Shown one piece after another: positions 39,521 through 52,497 of a DNA stretch of 64,000 nucleotides (the stretch's first letter is position 1; each line of letters begins with the position of its first letter). Position numbers and translations under genes: made by a program. Origin of the DNA: Basidiobolus meristosporus CBS 931.73 (taxonomy: Eukaryota > Fungi > Basidiobolomycota); assembly GCA_002104905.1 (NCBI GenBank), contig MCFE01000071.1:62001-126000 (forward strand), read 5' to 3'. The notes under the pieces were generated by a model. The model made no database searches, was not told the origin of the DNA, and was given only the letters and a program-made list of their open reading frames with translations.

Positions 39521-40576
39521 TTCAAAATTGGCAGTGAACTCAGGTTAGTGGGCATCATGGGCCAGCTGCATATGTTATAGAGTAAATTGCTTATTAGGAA
39601 TCTTTATGCGCTAAGGCAAAACCACAAACATGCATACCTTCAGAGTTGCTTTTGTCTCTTAGTAACTTGTAATGTTTGCCATAAACTATATTGGAGAAGC
39701 TTGCAATTGAACTATACTGAGTATGATAGTTTATAGCTTCACACTACTATTTGGACTGTATGAGCCTCTTGAGTCAGAATATTACTAGATTATTTTCTGA
39801 CTGTAGTCCATATTCTCCTCCTGTGTTGGAATGTATCTGGCAAATTGAACATGTTTGAGTGATAATGCTTTATGACAAGTATGGCTTGCAACTATTAACA
39901 CAAGTTAGTTTTAGGTCAGTCTGTAAGTCACATCTCACTAAAATTTTTGCATTTGCCATTTTGACTAAGTCCTGAATTTCCTCCTTTGTGATTTAGGCAA
40001 TAGGACACCACCACTCTGGCCAGTACATTAAATTATTGGTCAGTATACAAATTGTTGCACTCTGGTGGTGTATAAGTCCAAGGGAGAGATATGTTCAACA
40101 CTTCTCAGTTGTGTTATGTGTTAGGTATTCACTGAATGCAAAAATCAGTAGCAAAAGCTTGCTAGGAATACTTGGGTTCTGTCTCTATGCTAATGTGCAA
40201 GGGAATAACACCATAAGCTTGCCAATGGAAAACTATTGAGCTACATTCCCCAACTTTGTTGGCATCTTAACAAAAGTATGTGCTGGGTTCAGCATCCTTT
40301 GTGATGACAATGCACTAATGCTTTCAAATTCAAAATAACTGTAAGCTCCACTAGCAGGAACTTGATAAGAATGCTGCTGTTGTCAATAGTTACAAATTTG
40401 GAAAAGTACTTTTCCCTATACAAGAACAAACTTGGCAAGGAATAAAATATAATAAAAGATATCAGCTCTGAGTATTCCCCACAAGTAGTGCCTCCAAGTT
40501 TAGTTGGTTCTCAGCTTGGTTCTCTGAGAGTGTCACATGTTCTGAGATTGGAGGTTCAGGTAGCAGCTGGTAGCAA

Positions 40577-43500
40577 TGTTACAAGTCTTGGTATAAGAGT
40601 TGTAGAGGAATAGGGAGGTTAGCTAGTATTGTATTCACTAAAACTTCAACTGATTTTTATTGAGGTTCCAGCAGCTCCTTATATACATTTTGCCAGATCA
40701 ATTGCTGACTAATTGTATTTCCTAATGTAGGTTGTGGCTGATGACTCATCTGATTGCATCATCATCACCCAATAAGATCCTACTTAATATATCTATTTCT
40801 GTCTGATAAGGATCTGCTGATTCATTTGCTGACTAATGCTACTGAGCTCATAGATAATACTGATATACTGATAACCAAAACATATACTAATTGATTTGAC
40901 TAAAAAAACTGATCTAACTTAAACATTCAAGCGGCAGATCATGACATACTCCCCTACTAAAGTTGAGAGGGTTCTCCTGAATGTCTTTTCTTGTGATACC
41001 AATATCTTGATGGTTCAGTATTATCAGCAAGTCTTGCAAGCTTGAGTCTGTCCCTATGCACTAAGTCTTCCCAGATATTACCTTGTTTGTCCACTAGTTG
41101 GTAAGTTGCAAATGGACATTCTCTGATGATCTTCAATGGTCCTGTCCATTGTGGTTCAAACCTCTTCCAAGTGTTGTTTCGTAGCAATACAGAGTTCCCA
41201 ACTGTCAATGCTTCTGGTGCTATAGTCTTATCAAATCTCTGCTTCATCTTTTCTGCACTTTGAGATACTTTGGTCTGTGCCTCTTGATGTCTTTGTTCCA
41301 GTTGCTGGTGTCTACTTGGCTGACTAAGTTCATCTTCTAAGGCATCTGTAAGCTTGGGTTGTGTGAGATCTCCTGGAATCGTTGGTTCACATCCATACAC
41401 TAAGTAAAATGGTGATTGCTGGGTGGTGTTGTGTACTCTGACTCTGCATGCAAAGAGTGCTTGGTCTATATACTCATCCCATCTACTGACAACTCCATTT
41501 GCATACTTGGTCAGCATTTTTCCAAATAATCCATTAAACCGCTCAGTGACTCCATTAGTTCTGGGGTGATATGCAGAGGTTTTCAGGTGTCTGATCTGCT
41601 GCATTTCCAGGTAAGCCTCTAATGTCTTTGCCATAAAGTTTGCTCCTCTATCAGATAAGATCTCCACAGGGCATCCAGACTTCATCAGGATCTCATGGTA
41701 AATGAAACTTGCAACTTCTTGTTCACTGGCTATTGGTACAGCTTTAGCAACTGGCCATTTAGTGGCATGGTCAATTGCTACTAGGATCCAACGGTTGCAT
41801 TTCCTGGTAGTTGGCAGTCTTCCAATAAAGTCAATTCCCCATCTCTCAAATGGTCTTACAGGCTCTAAAGGGAAGAGTTTGGCAATTCTTTGTGGCTGGC
41901 CTTGATTGATTTGGCAGTTTGGGCATGTTTTCACTAGCTTCTCAATATCTTGTTTCATTCTGGGTCACCATGCTCTGGCTTTCACAAGGCTATTGGTTCC
42001 TTCAATCCCAAGATGTCCATATCCATTTTGTAGCTTATGTATTAAATCCAGGCAAGCAACATAAGGACAATAAGCAATAGGGCTTCCATCAACAATTTGG
42101 TAGAGTGTTTCATCCTGTACAACAAATTTGCTGACTTCATCACGGATTATCTTCTTGATATCTTCATCCACCTCATTAGGAATGGCTTGATCCTCCAAGT
42201 ACTTTGGTAATAGGCTGGGCCAATCTGATTCATGCACCAAGTTGAGTTGTGCAACTTGATCTAATCTTGATAAGGCATCAGCAACCGTGTTGTTTTTTCC
42301 AGGGCAGTAGACAATCTCCAGGTCAAATTGCTGAATGTATTCACTCCATCTTGTCATTCTTCTAGAGAGTACCTTCTGAGTAAATATATACTTGAGGGAG
42401 GCATGATCAGTCTTCTCAGTGCATTTGACTCCTTCAATATAGCATCTCCATTTCCTCAAACAGTGTATTATAGCAAGCATCTCCTTCTCATGGACTGGAT
42501 AGTTTTGTTCTGCTGAGTTCAGTTTCTTGGATTCAAAGGCAACAGGGTAGTCCTTTCCCTTGTGTTCTTGGCTCAGCACTCCACCAATTGCATAATCCAA
42601 AGCATCTGTGCACAGAGTGAGCTCTTTTCTGAAGTCTGGTATTCTTAAGCTTGGCAGCTTAGCAAGTTCATTCTTGAGCGTTGTGGTAGGGTAAACATAC
42701 CTCCCACAGACAAGTTTATTCATATAGTCATTATGATATACTTATCCATATTTTATCTTATCAGTATTATCCCATTCTTCTTTTGCCAATATTATCAGTA
42801 TTATCCCTATATGATGTTTACCCTGATTAGTTCTTAGCATTAGTTATCCCAGATGTTATTCAGCTTTGTGATCAGTAGATGTATCTATATAAGGCAAGTA
42901 CCCGCGTCAGTACCTGTGACATATGACCTAGGTCTGTGTTACCATTGCTACCATTTCAATACCATATATGGTATTTCTATGTTGCACAGGTTTCAGACTA
43001 CTGATTCCTGATTGGTTGAGAGTGCTGTGCCTTTTAGAACCTTCCAGGACATTCTTGGCATATTTTTAGCTCATAGTGATGTCATCAAGAATTCCACTGA
43101 TACCTAGAATCTTCTAGAACCTTGTCATTAGTAATCACTTGGCAATCAGGAAAAGTATTTAAGGGAAAGCAATCCCTCATCAATAAATCATCCCTTCTAT
43201 CAGTAACACTTCTACCTTATTGATTAGCAGTTGATCACTGCACCTGCCTTCAACAGTACATCTCAGACCTGCCATCAAGGAGCTTTTCAGGGTAGTGCAC
43301 AAGACACACAGAGGCCTTTGGAGACACTTGGAGCACCTAGGAAGCTAGAGAAGCAGGAGCTTTTACCATAGAGACATACTGACAAAGACACCAGCAGTTC
43401 AGACCCAGAGGTTATTGCACCCATCAGACACCTCACACACCTTGAGTTGTGTAGCTTCTCCCAGGAGTACCTCTACACCACCACAGCGTCTGGAAGGCAG

Positions 43501-46327
43501 TTTCACAAGCTATGTCCCACTTGTAGGTATTGTCTTTCTTGAGGATATCAGTTAAAGGGGCTGCAATACTTGCAAAAGACTTGACAAATCTTCAATAATA
43601 GGAAATCATTCCAAGGAATGATCTGAGTTCTGATATGCTATGGGGCTGCTTCAAATTCTTGATTACTTCCACCTTCTTGGGGTCTACAGTTACTCCTGTG
43701 CTAGTCACTATGTGTCCCAGATATTCTACGTGTTCCTTGAAGAATTCACACTTGGGTAGCTTGCCATAAAGCTTGTTCTCTCTTAGCTTCTTCAAGACCT
43801 TTTCAATGTGCACCAAGTAATCCTCTTCTGCCTTGCTGTATATCAGTATATCATCTAGGTAGACTATGACAAACTTGTTCAAGTACTCCTGGAAGACAGT
43901 CTGCATCAGGGTCATGAAAGTTGCAGGGGCATTGGTGAGGCCAAAACTCATGACTAAGTATTTGTAATGTCCATATCTGGTCCTGAATGCTGTCTTAGGG
44001 ATGTCTTCTGGCTTCACCCTAATCTGGTTGTATCCTGACATGAGGTCAATCTTGCTGAAAATAGTGGCTCCATTAAGTTGGTCCAAAAGCTCATCAATCC
44101 AAGGTATGTGGTACTTATTCTTGATGGTAACTGAGTTCAGGGCTCTGTAGGCAATGCACATCCTAAGTGTTCCATCCTTTTTTTCACAAAAAGCACTGGT
44201 GCTCCCCAGGGTGACTTGCTAGGCCTGATGTATCCTTGCTCCAATAGCTGATCAATTTGTCTCTTCATTTCCTCCAATTCCAATGGACTCATTCTGTAAG
44301 GTGTCTTGCTCATTGGAGGGCTATTTCCTGTGTCAATGGCATGATCCACATTTCTGACTGGTGGTAGGCTTACAAGCTCATCTGGAAACACGTCCAAATA
44401 TTTCTTCAAGAGAGTCTGGACCTGCTGAGGTGCTGGGGTAGCGGAATCCTCCTGTAATACAGCCATGAAGAACATCTGGGTACCTTTTCTAAATGCTCTA
44501 CAGAGCTGGGTCTTGCTAAGTTCACTTGTCTCACACACACTGGAATTGACCAAGTTGAAATCCAGCCTGGCAGGTAATAGCTCATTGGTCTTGTTGTCTT
44601 TTTGGATCTAAGTAGCATGGGTTCTCCAGTTGATTGATGGATTACAACAAAATAGCCAGGTTTTTCCAAGTACAAGGTCAAACTTGCAGTTCCCAAATAT
44701 ATAAGCCTGTAGGTCTTCTTCATAATCATTGATCTTCATTCTTACTGGCTGGGTAATACAGTTGATTATGTGAGAGTTCCCATCAGCTGTGGAGACTGAA
44801 GTTGATTTGGTAGGTTCCAAGTTGATTCCAGCTTTCAAGGCAAATTGCTCTCACATGTACTCATGCAATGCTCCTGAGTCAATCATGATCTTGGCAGGTA
44901 CTCCATTGATTACTCCATTCAAGTACAATAACTTCCCTGAGTTTGAGGTCATTTGGGACAAGTACTCTTCTGTCATATGGAAGGTGAGTTCCAAGTCTTC
45001 TTCAAGCTCATCTTCCACATTACCGTGTTCATGGGACTCAATATGGTTGAAGGTTCTTGTTGGCTGGTGTCCATTTCTTCTCTGAGGGCAGTACTTTGCA
45101 ATATGTCCTTGCTGGTGGCAATTGAAACAAAGTCCTTTCTTCTTACATTCTTCTGAGGTAGGATTCTTCTGGATAGCATCTATTTCCATTGGTACTGCTT
45201 CTGATTGTCTTCTTTCATAATGATTGTAGCCTTTCTGATTAGTCACTGTAGGCTTCCCAACTCCAAACATAGCTGAGTCATAGTCAATGGCAATCTTGAT
45301 GGCTTCTTCAATAGTCTGAGGTCTTTGGTAATTCACTTCCTTGCAAGTTCTTTCTTTCAACCCATCAATAAAGTATTCAACTTGATCCAAGGGGTCCATT
45401 CTTTCAATTTGTCCAAGTAGACATCTATACTCATATATTGTATTCTTGCACCATTCCTTTCTGTCTGAGTGTCTTTAACTTCCTTCTTAGTAGTGTCTGC
45501 TGGTGTGGAGGTTCAAAAGCATCCTGAATTTCCGACACAAACTCATCACAGGTAGAGATTGTTGAGCATCCCATCATAGTGGCCAACCTGATCTTGTTGT
45601 GGTACCACTGTAAAGCTGCATCTGCCAGGTAAGAAGCAGCATAATGCAACTTGCTTTCTGAAGCAATTCCTTTAGCTTTAAAAGCTTCTTCAAACTGAAA
45701 GAGCCAAGTTCCCAGGTTTTCATTAACTTTGCCATGGTACCGGTTGACCTTCACACTAAAGTTGCTCTTAACAGGGTTTTGCTGGTTCTGAGCCATGGTA
45801 GTCATTCCTTGTTGCTGTTGGCTGAGGATCTGGAGTAACTGTTGCTGTTGGGCCAGGATTTGCTGCATGGCATTCTTCCATTCTTGATTGTTCAACATCT
45901 TGAGGGTGGTTTCTTCTTTCTTCAGGGGGGAGGTTTCTGGTTATTGCTGCTACCAATGTTACAAGTCTTGGTATAAGAGTTGCAGAGGAATAGGGAGTTT
46001 AGCTAGTATTGTATTCACTAAAACTTGAACTGATTTTTATCAAGGTTCCAGCAGCTCCTTGTATACATTTTGCCAGATCAATTGCTGACTAATTGTATTT
46101 CCCAATGTAGGTTGTGGCTGATGACTCATTTGATTGCATCATCATCACTCAATAAGACCCTACTGAATATATCTTATTTCTGTCTGATAAGGATCTGCTG
46201 ATTCATTTGCTGACTAATGCTACGGATTTCATAGATAATACTGATATACTGATAACCTAAACATATACTTATTGATTTGACTAAAAAAACTGATCTAACT
46301 TAAACATTCAAGCAGCAGATCATAACA
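40577..46327 (-). mobile_element. Ty3/Gypsy element C4 (decayed; contains solo LTR D)
   Basis: LTRs at 45957-46327 and 40577-40946, PBS and PPT present, TSD GCAA (40573-40576 / 46328-46331), gag-pol pieces on the minus strand. Confidence 0.97.
42682..43485 (+). repeat. Solo LTR family D (804 bp), related to LTR-A
   Basis: TG..CA termini and TSD GCGT (42678-42681 / 43486-43489). C4 pol resumes precisely on both sides. The central block matches LTR-A 740-1050. Confidence 0.92.
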
Positions 46328-48062
46328 GCAATAATAACACTAATTGACAACTTGCTATATCAATAAAAGGGATGATAATTTATCATTGAGGAATTACCTC
46401 CCTTATATACTTTTCTTGGTGGCTAAGTGAATATCAATCATGGTCTTACAGAAGGTTCCAGAGGTCAAATAGAAATCTTAATGGCACCAGAATGAGTTAA
46501 AAATGTTATAAGTAGGTGCTGGAAGGTTCTGAGAGGCACAGCTCAGCCCACCAATTAGAAATCAGTATTCTGAAACCTGTGTAGCATAGGGATATCATAT
46601 ATATTACAAAAATGGCTGGGATAGTGACACATTTTAGTCACGTGTTACAGGTACTGGCGCAGGTACCTGCTTGATATACAAGCACTCACGTCAGGTAAAC
46701 TTAAATATAGTGAGGGGTTACTTAAGCAATAAGGTACACAGGTGTGATAGTCAGCCAGCTTATGGGATAGTACTGATCAAGTAAGACAAATTGAATAACT
46801 CTAAAATAAGAATAGTAGAAAAATAGGCAAGTAGAAAATAAGGGAATGAGCATATCTGTTAGTGGGTGTCACAGTGACCCCACTACGGCGCTCACCTTAT
46901 TCTGTTTAATATGCTCTGCATTTAGGGGTGATTGACTGATATTATATTGGTGTGCATTCTCCTTCAGAGGCATCACTCTTCAGGTCATACTCTGAATGCT
47001 ACAGTGAGCTAGAAGGTATCAATGACCTGCCTTACTCAGCTTGCAATTAGTATCACAGGGAGCTAGGTGCCATAATAGTCACTTCATATGGCTGGTAAAA
47101 TTCTACAGAACTATTGCAGCGGATCAATGCCAATTTATGATTTCTTTAACACACTGCTTGTTGTGATCATGCAACATTTCTGATGATGTGTTGGTGCTTA
47201 ACTGGTGATTGGCCGGTCTTCATAACCACAGGATTTGTTATCTCTTTACTTACAGCATTTGGACAAAATGTCTTGTACATGTTATAAGCACCATGCTATT
47301 TGACAAAGTATTGCTATCATGTTGTCTTCTTTTCAGTATTAATGTGAGCTTAGGAAAGGCTTGTCCATGCAACATTGCATCTTCATATCTGTAAGAATCC
47401 AGGATGACCCACCATAGTTGGCACTATAATAAAACTTTGAGACTACATACACACATGTTTATAACACCAGATCCATTCTGTTTTGACTTACTTCCAACTA
47501 GACTTCATATGTCAGATAGTGCCATATATTGCCAGCCTGTTTATAGCACCGGATCAATCTGGAACTCTAATTTCTACCAGAATGCCAGTGATAGGATACA
47601 GGTACTAATAATTCTACTCAATCTTACTTATATTGCTGAGAACTATGCTTTTCTTGCTTAATTAACTCTTTGTAATGCTCAAGACACATTACCCTTGGTG
47701 AACATATTCTTGTCTGATTATACTGTGCATTAATAAGTATTTTGACAATTTTACCTATTCTACTGATTTCTCCAATATATAGCTTTCCTTTACATTTGTT
47801 CAAATAATTAGGAATCCACCTAGTCATTAATATTTTATGAACTAACACTTAGTTGAAGTGACCTAGTTCCAAATATAAACTCAGAAATTAGCTTGTAAGA
47901 TATTTGCAAACTATTAGAAATTAGTGAAGTACAGAATTTTAGGAAAATTTGAAACTTGTCCAAATGAGCTGAAACTAGGCACATATACTCCTGGGACTTC
48001 CCAAATAATGAAGAAATAGTTATATCTAGATAGTTCTGCTATAAGTATAAATACTGTGTTGC

Positions 48063-48431
48063 TATTGCAATTTAAGAAGTGTTTTGGATATAAGGAACTT
48101 ATCAAGAAATAGTGACAATAGTTGAACTGTTGCTTATTAATAAAGAAGCTCAGTATTTATACCTTTGTAGAAGTAATACAGCTGTAACACTAAGTAAGGA
48201 GGGTTTCTCAATACTCAGGAGCATTCTGTAACCGTTTCAGGGTTGGTACATAATGTTTAGTAACAGTGTTAATGTGATCCTGACTATAAGGGAATAATCA
48301 TAAGATCAAAGATCTCAAGAAAGTGGCAAAGTTAGAGCTGTTAATTAGTCCCACAGTGACCAAGACTAGTCCAGTGTTGTTAAGTAAATTTTCAGCTGCT
48401 GAATGACACCAAATGGTCCAATATTTCAACA
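48063..48431 (-). repeat. Ty1/Copia solo LTR (369 bp)
   Basis: 5-bp TSD GTTGC (48058-48062 / 48432-48436); homologous to 57412-57780 and 54760-55126. Confidence 0.85.
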
Positions 48432-48505
48432 GTTGCAATTCAATGAATCAATAAGTGAATATCATGTAAATCTGTTAATTCTCCATTTTGCTTCCAATAA
48501 ATCTC

Positions 48506-49750
48506 TCATATTTCAACAATATCTACCTGCCAATATGCTGTATATATATGCTCAATTCTCTCTCTGAAATTGATAAATATCTCATTGTAGCGCTTCTGCT
48601 TCCTGCTAAGCACACCATTCCTTGGCTTCCTATGAGCTATAATACATTCAAATCTCTGAAAATCCTCTACTATAAAAGCTAAGTCAGCCATATATTTCTC
48701 CCCTCTACTTGATTCTGGATGATTCTCTACCCAGAGTGCTTTGTTATGCCTACTTCGAGCAAATGGCCCACTAAACCAGATAATGTTACCCTCAATGTCA
48801 GACAGTGCTTGAAACTTCACACAGTGTGCCTTGTACTTGCCAGAATAAAAGTGCCTCTGCCCTCTAGAAGGTCTGTTAATCCTCACTGGGAAGGTATCCA
48901 AAATACTCCTGATATGGAACCTGTTGCTGAACACTCTGGGATATGGAAGTCTATTGGAGCATCTGAACCTAGTATTCCAAGCTTGCTCTAAGTCATTCAT
49001 ACCCTCTGCAAGGTGGTTCTCCATTGCTGTCAGCTGGGAATGAAAGCTTCTAGGACTTTTGTTACCATGGATGGTGGAATGAAACCTTGAAGGGCAATAG
49101 TTCTTGTAATAGCAGAGAAGCTTAACAAGGGACCTCCTTGAGTGGACTGGAGTGAAAGGTCCACAGTGCGTGTTACAGAACTCCTCAAATGTGTCAAAAA
49201 GAAGTCCAGTGGTAGTGAGAGAATAGATGAGAAAAGACCACTCAGATTGGCAAGCCAAATTAGGATTGGTAGGTGATTGTGTAGATGTGATTTGAGCTGA
49301 TATGGCACAATCAGTTAAATTTATTTTATTTTTCTTGCATTGTTTGGAATCTCCATCAATTGCCATGTATATCATTGTTATGTTGCAAAATTCATCTTCA
49401 AGTAATGACTTTTCAATTCAATTAATTATTTACTTACAAGTCTGTAATCAAATAGGGAATCTGCAATCGAAGTGATCTGATCCATATCTATGTGATCCAA
49501 GATGCATCAAGCATAATATGTTGCAAGCTCAGAAATCACATTGGTCTTAGTATGTGCCTCATAAAAGATCAGGTTGATGCCAATATTACTCTGTAAGTAT
49601 CCTAATCTGCCACTATGGTTCATATACTGAGTCTCAACTCATTTGTAGTTCAACCCAGAAAAAGCCAATTCTGCAGCTCCCAAGTTGAGTCCAAACCAGA
49701 AAAGCTAATGTTAGATCTGTTGAGGTTGTGGCTAGATGATCTTAGTATGT
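48506..49750 (-). pseudogene. Decayed DDE_Tnp_4-type (ISL2EU/PIF-Harbinger) transposase and upstream region, copy 2
   Basis: ILDTFPVRINRP..QRHFYSGKYKAHCVKFQ..SRHN..YMADLAF..KPRNGVLSRKQKRYN..RERIEH. Confidence 0.85.
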
Positions 49751-50210
49751 GGATTTGATCAGGAAGCTGTGCTAGAACAATTCTGCATCAATTCGCACAG
49801 TATGGGCCATGCACATCTGTCTGGACTCAACTTTGGGAACCAAAGCAATTTTGAATGAGATCTTGCCTCAAATGACTAATTCAATGTATGATATATTAGT
49901 AAAACCAAGTGGCTTCTAAGATCAATATACACAGGGCTCATATAGGCAACAGTCCCAAAGTATTATCCAGAAGGTCAGTGCATACCTTGAAGAATCAGAA
50001 GTTGAGCTTCAAGAGTGAGAATGCCAACCACAAGCAACTGTGTCTAGATTGCACCAGCTTGCCTTGCTGGACTCCTTACTATCCCTTGCAATGCCAGTGC
50101 GCCATCACATATCAGTCCAATCCATGCCAGCACCCTTCACATGTGTGGCCCAATATTGAGCCAACACATTTCAGATTAATGTTTTCTCTACAGAGCAAGA
50201 CCACCAGCGC

Positions 50211-51271
50211 TGTGATGGTGTATAAGTCTAAGAGAGAGATACATCCAACACTTCTCAAGTGTTTTGTGTGTGGGGTGTTCACTGGGTGTGATAACCTCTG
50301 GCAAAAGCTTGCTAGGAATACTTGGGTTCTGTCTCTCATCTAATGTGAAGGGGAATAAAGCCACAAGCTTGTCAAGGGAAAACTATTGAGCTACAATCCC
50401 CAACTTAGTTGGCATCTTAACAAAAGTATGTGATGGGCTCAGCATTCTTTGTGATGACAATGTACTAAAGCTTCCAAAGTCAAAACAACTGTAAACTCCA
50501 CCAGCAGGGACTTGATAAGTATGCAGCTGTGGTCAATAGTTACAAAGACAGAAAAGTATCTTTGCCTGTACAAGAACAAGCTTGGGAAAGAATCAAATAT
50601 AATAAAAGATACCTACTCTGAGTATTCCTGACAAGTAGTGCCTCCAAGGTCAGTTGGCTGTCAGCATGGTTTCCTGGGAGTGTCCTGTGGTCTGGGGTTG
50701 GAAGTTCAGGTAGCAGTGATCACACTAATCAACAAGTTGGTATAGAGATAAAAGGAATGATAATTTATTGCTGAGGGATAGCCTCCCTTATATACTTTTC
50801 TCACTGGCTAAGTGATTACTAATCATGGTATTCCAGAAGGTTCTGGATATCAATAGAAATCTTAATGACATCAGAATGACCTAAGAATGTTCTAAGTAGG
50901 TGCCAGAAGGTTGCAAGAGGCACAGCACATCCAACCAATCAGGAATCAGTATTCTGAAACCTGTGTAACATAGGGATACCATATATGGTATTGAAATGGT
51001 AGGGATGGTGACATGGGTTCACCATGTGTCACAGGTACTGGCTCAGGTACTTGCCTAATACAGAAGCACTTATAACTAGTAATCTTACATAAAGTTAAGG
51101 GTTACTTATGCAATAAGGTAAGCAGGTGTGATAGTCAACCGGCTTATAGGATAGTACTGATCAGGTAAGACAAATAGGATAAAACTAAAATACATGTAGT
51201 AGAGATATAGGGAAGTAGAAAATAAGGGAATGAGCACATCTGTCAGTGGGTGTCACTGTCACCCCACTACA
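50211..51271 (-). repeat. Family-A solo LTR (1061 bp)
   Basis: Reverse complement of LTR-A with TSD GCGC (50207-50210 / 51272-51275). Confidence 0.96.
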
Positions 51272-52497
51272 GCGCTTGCCAATCTGCTCATTTAGATACA
51301 GATCCAGTGCAGTGGGCTAAGTCATGTTAGCATGTAACATCACATCAAACTTATCTAAGGGACATTCCAGTGAATCAAAGTTGCACCTGTGTGTGTTATG
51401 ACATCTGACAACCAGCAAGTTACTTCTAGTGAACTAACTGACAATTACCCATACAAAATGCCTCCACTACCATTGCCTTTGGCAAGTAGAGGAATATGCC
51501 AGTATGTGGTACTTGGGGCTTGTGTTACTTCATTTGAAGCAATTTAGCATGACCAAGCTGCAGCATTGCACCCATTGCCTAGGATGAAGGATACAAACTA
51601 AAAGTACCTAAGTTGCCAGGATTATAGTCAACAAAGAGATAGTTTAGGTGTGTAAAGTGAAACACTACCAAATGCTTTGGTAGTGACCCCTGTAGTGAAA
51701 ACCTAGGAGAAGATGATCCAATTGCATTGAATTCTGACCATTTGATATGATCCAGCCAACTCATTTTTTGCAATCCAAATCAAACCATTGTAAATCAGTT
51801 ACCATTGAATTTTTGAGATCAGTAATATCTAGGTTGTTTCACTTTTAAGACAGAACCCATATAAGAAAACACCCTGCATACATAGACATCAATTTTAACA
51901 GCAGTGCAGCTATTTGATCTGATTTGCACCTAGGCAATCAGTTGTGTGCCAGTTATGACACCTTGTCCAACAACTAAGATCATTTATTTACTTGTTCCAT
52001 GGGCAAAATGGGATATCTGATGGCAGATCAGGTAGCTTGTGTATTGGTCAATGAGCTGATTGGGGGTGCACAGCTTTAGGGTACTCTGAGACCAATCAGC
52101 TATTGACATGCCATCCAATTGGAGTCATAGTAATCAAAATGGTAAGTATCAGTGTAGTTTATAGTGTGTTACTCATTTATTTCTATTGACATTGAAGAAA
52201 CATATCCTATTACCTGATTTTACCTACCACAATAGTGACATCAAAATGCGCATGTGAAGCAAACATTATCAGTTTGCTCAATCATCTGTGCTATTCTCAT
52301 GGTGTCTGATTGTGCCATAATGTGCAAGATTGTCCCACATAGTGCAAGCTTATACAGGAGCAATCCTGCCTACTTGTAGCTACACTATCATGCTTGATTG
52401 CTCTTAATAGCCACAGATTTCACCACACACCCTGACACAGTGCAATGGAACAAGTCTAGTTTTTGCCACCAATATATAAAGCCAAGTTATCTAATTC

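Larger units (their letters stand above)
40061..46887 (-). repeat. Diverged family-A solo LTR (40061-40576 + 46332-46887) split by C4
   Basis: Reverse-complement similarity to LTR-A on both sides of C4; flanks are GCAC (40057-40060) and GCGC (46888-46891). Confidence 0.88.

Noticed and set aside
46890-47850. Short ORFs in unassigned regions (47209-47848; also 23262-24000 and 51579-51773)
   Set aside because: No recognisable motifs and no support from the repeat copies; probably highly decayed repeat sequence.
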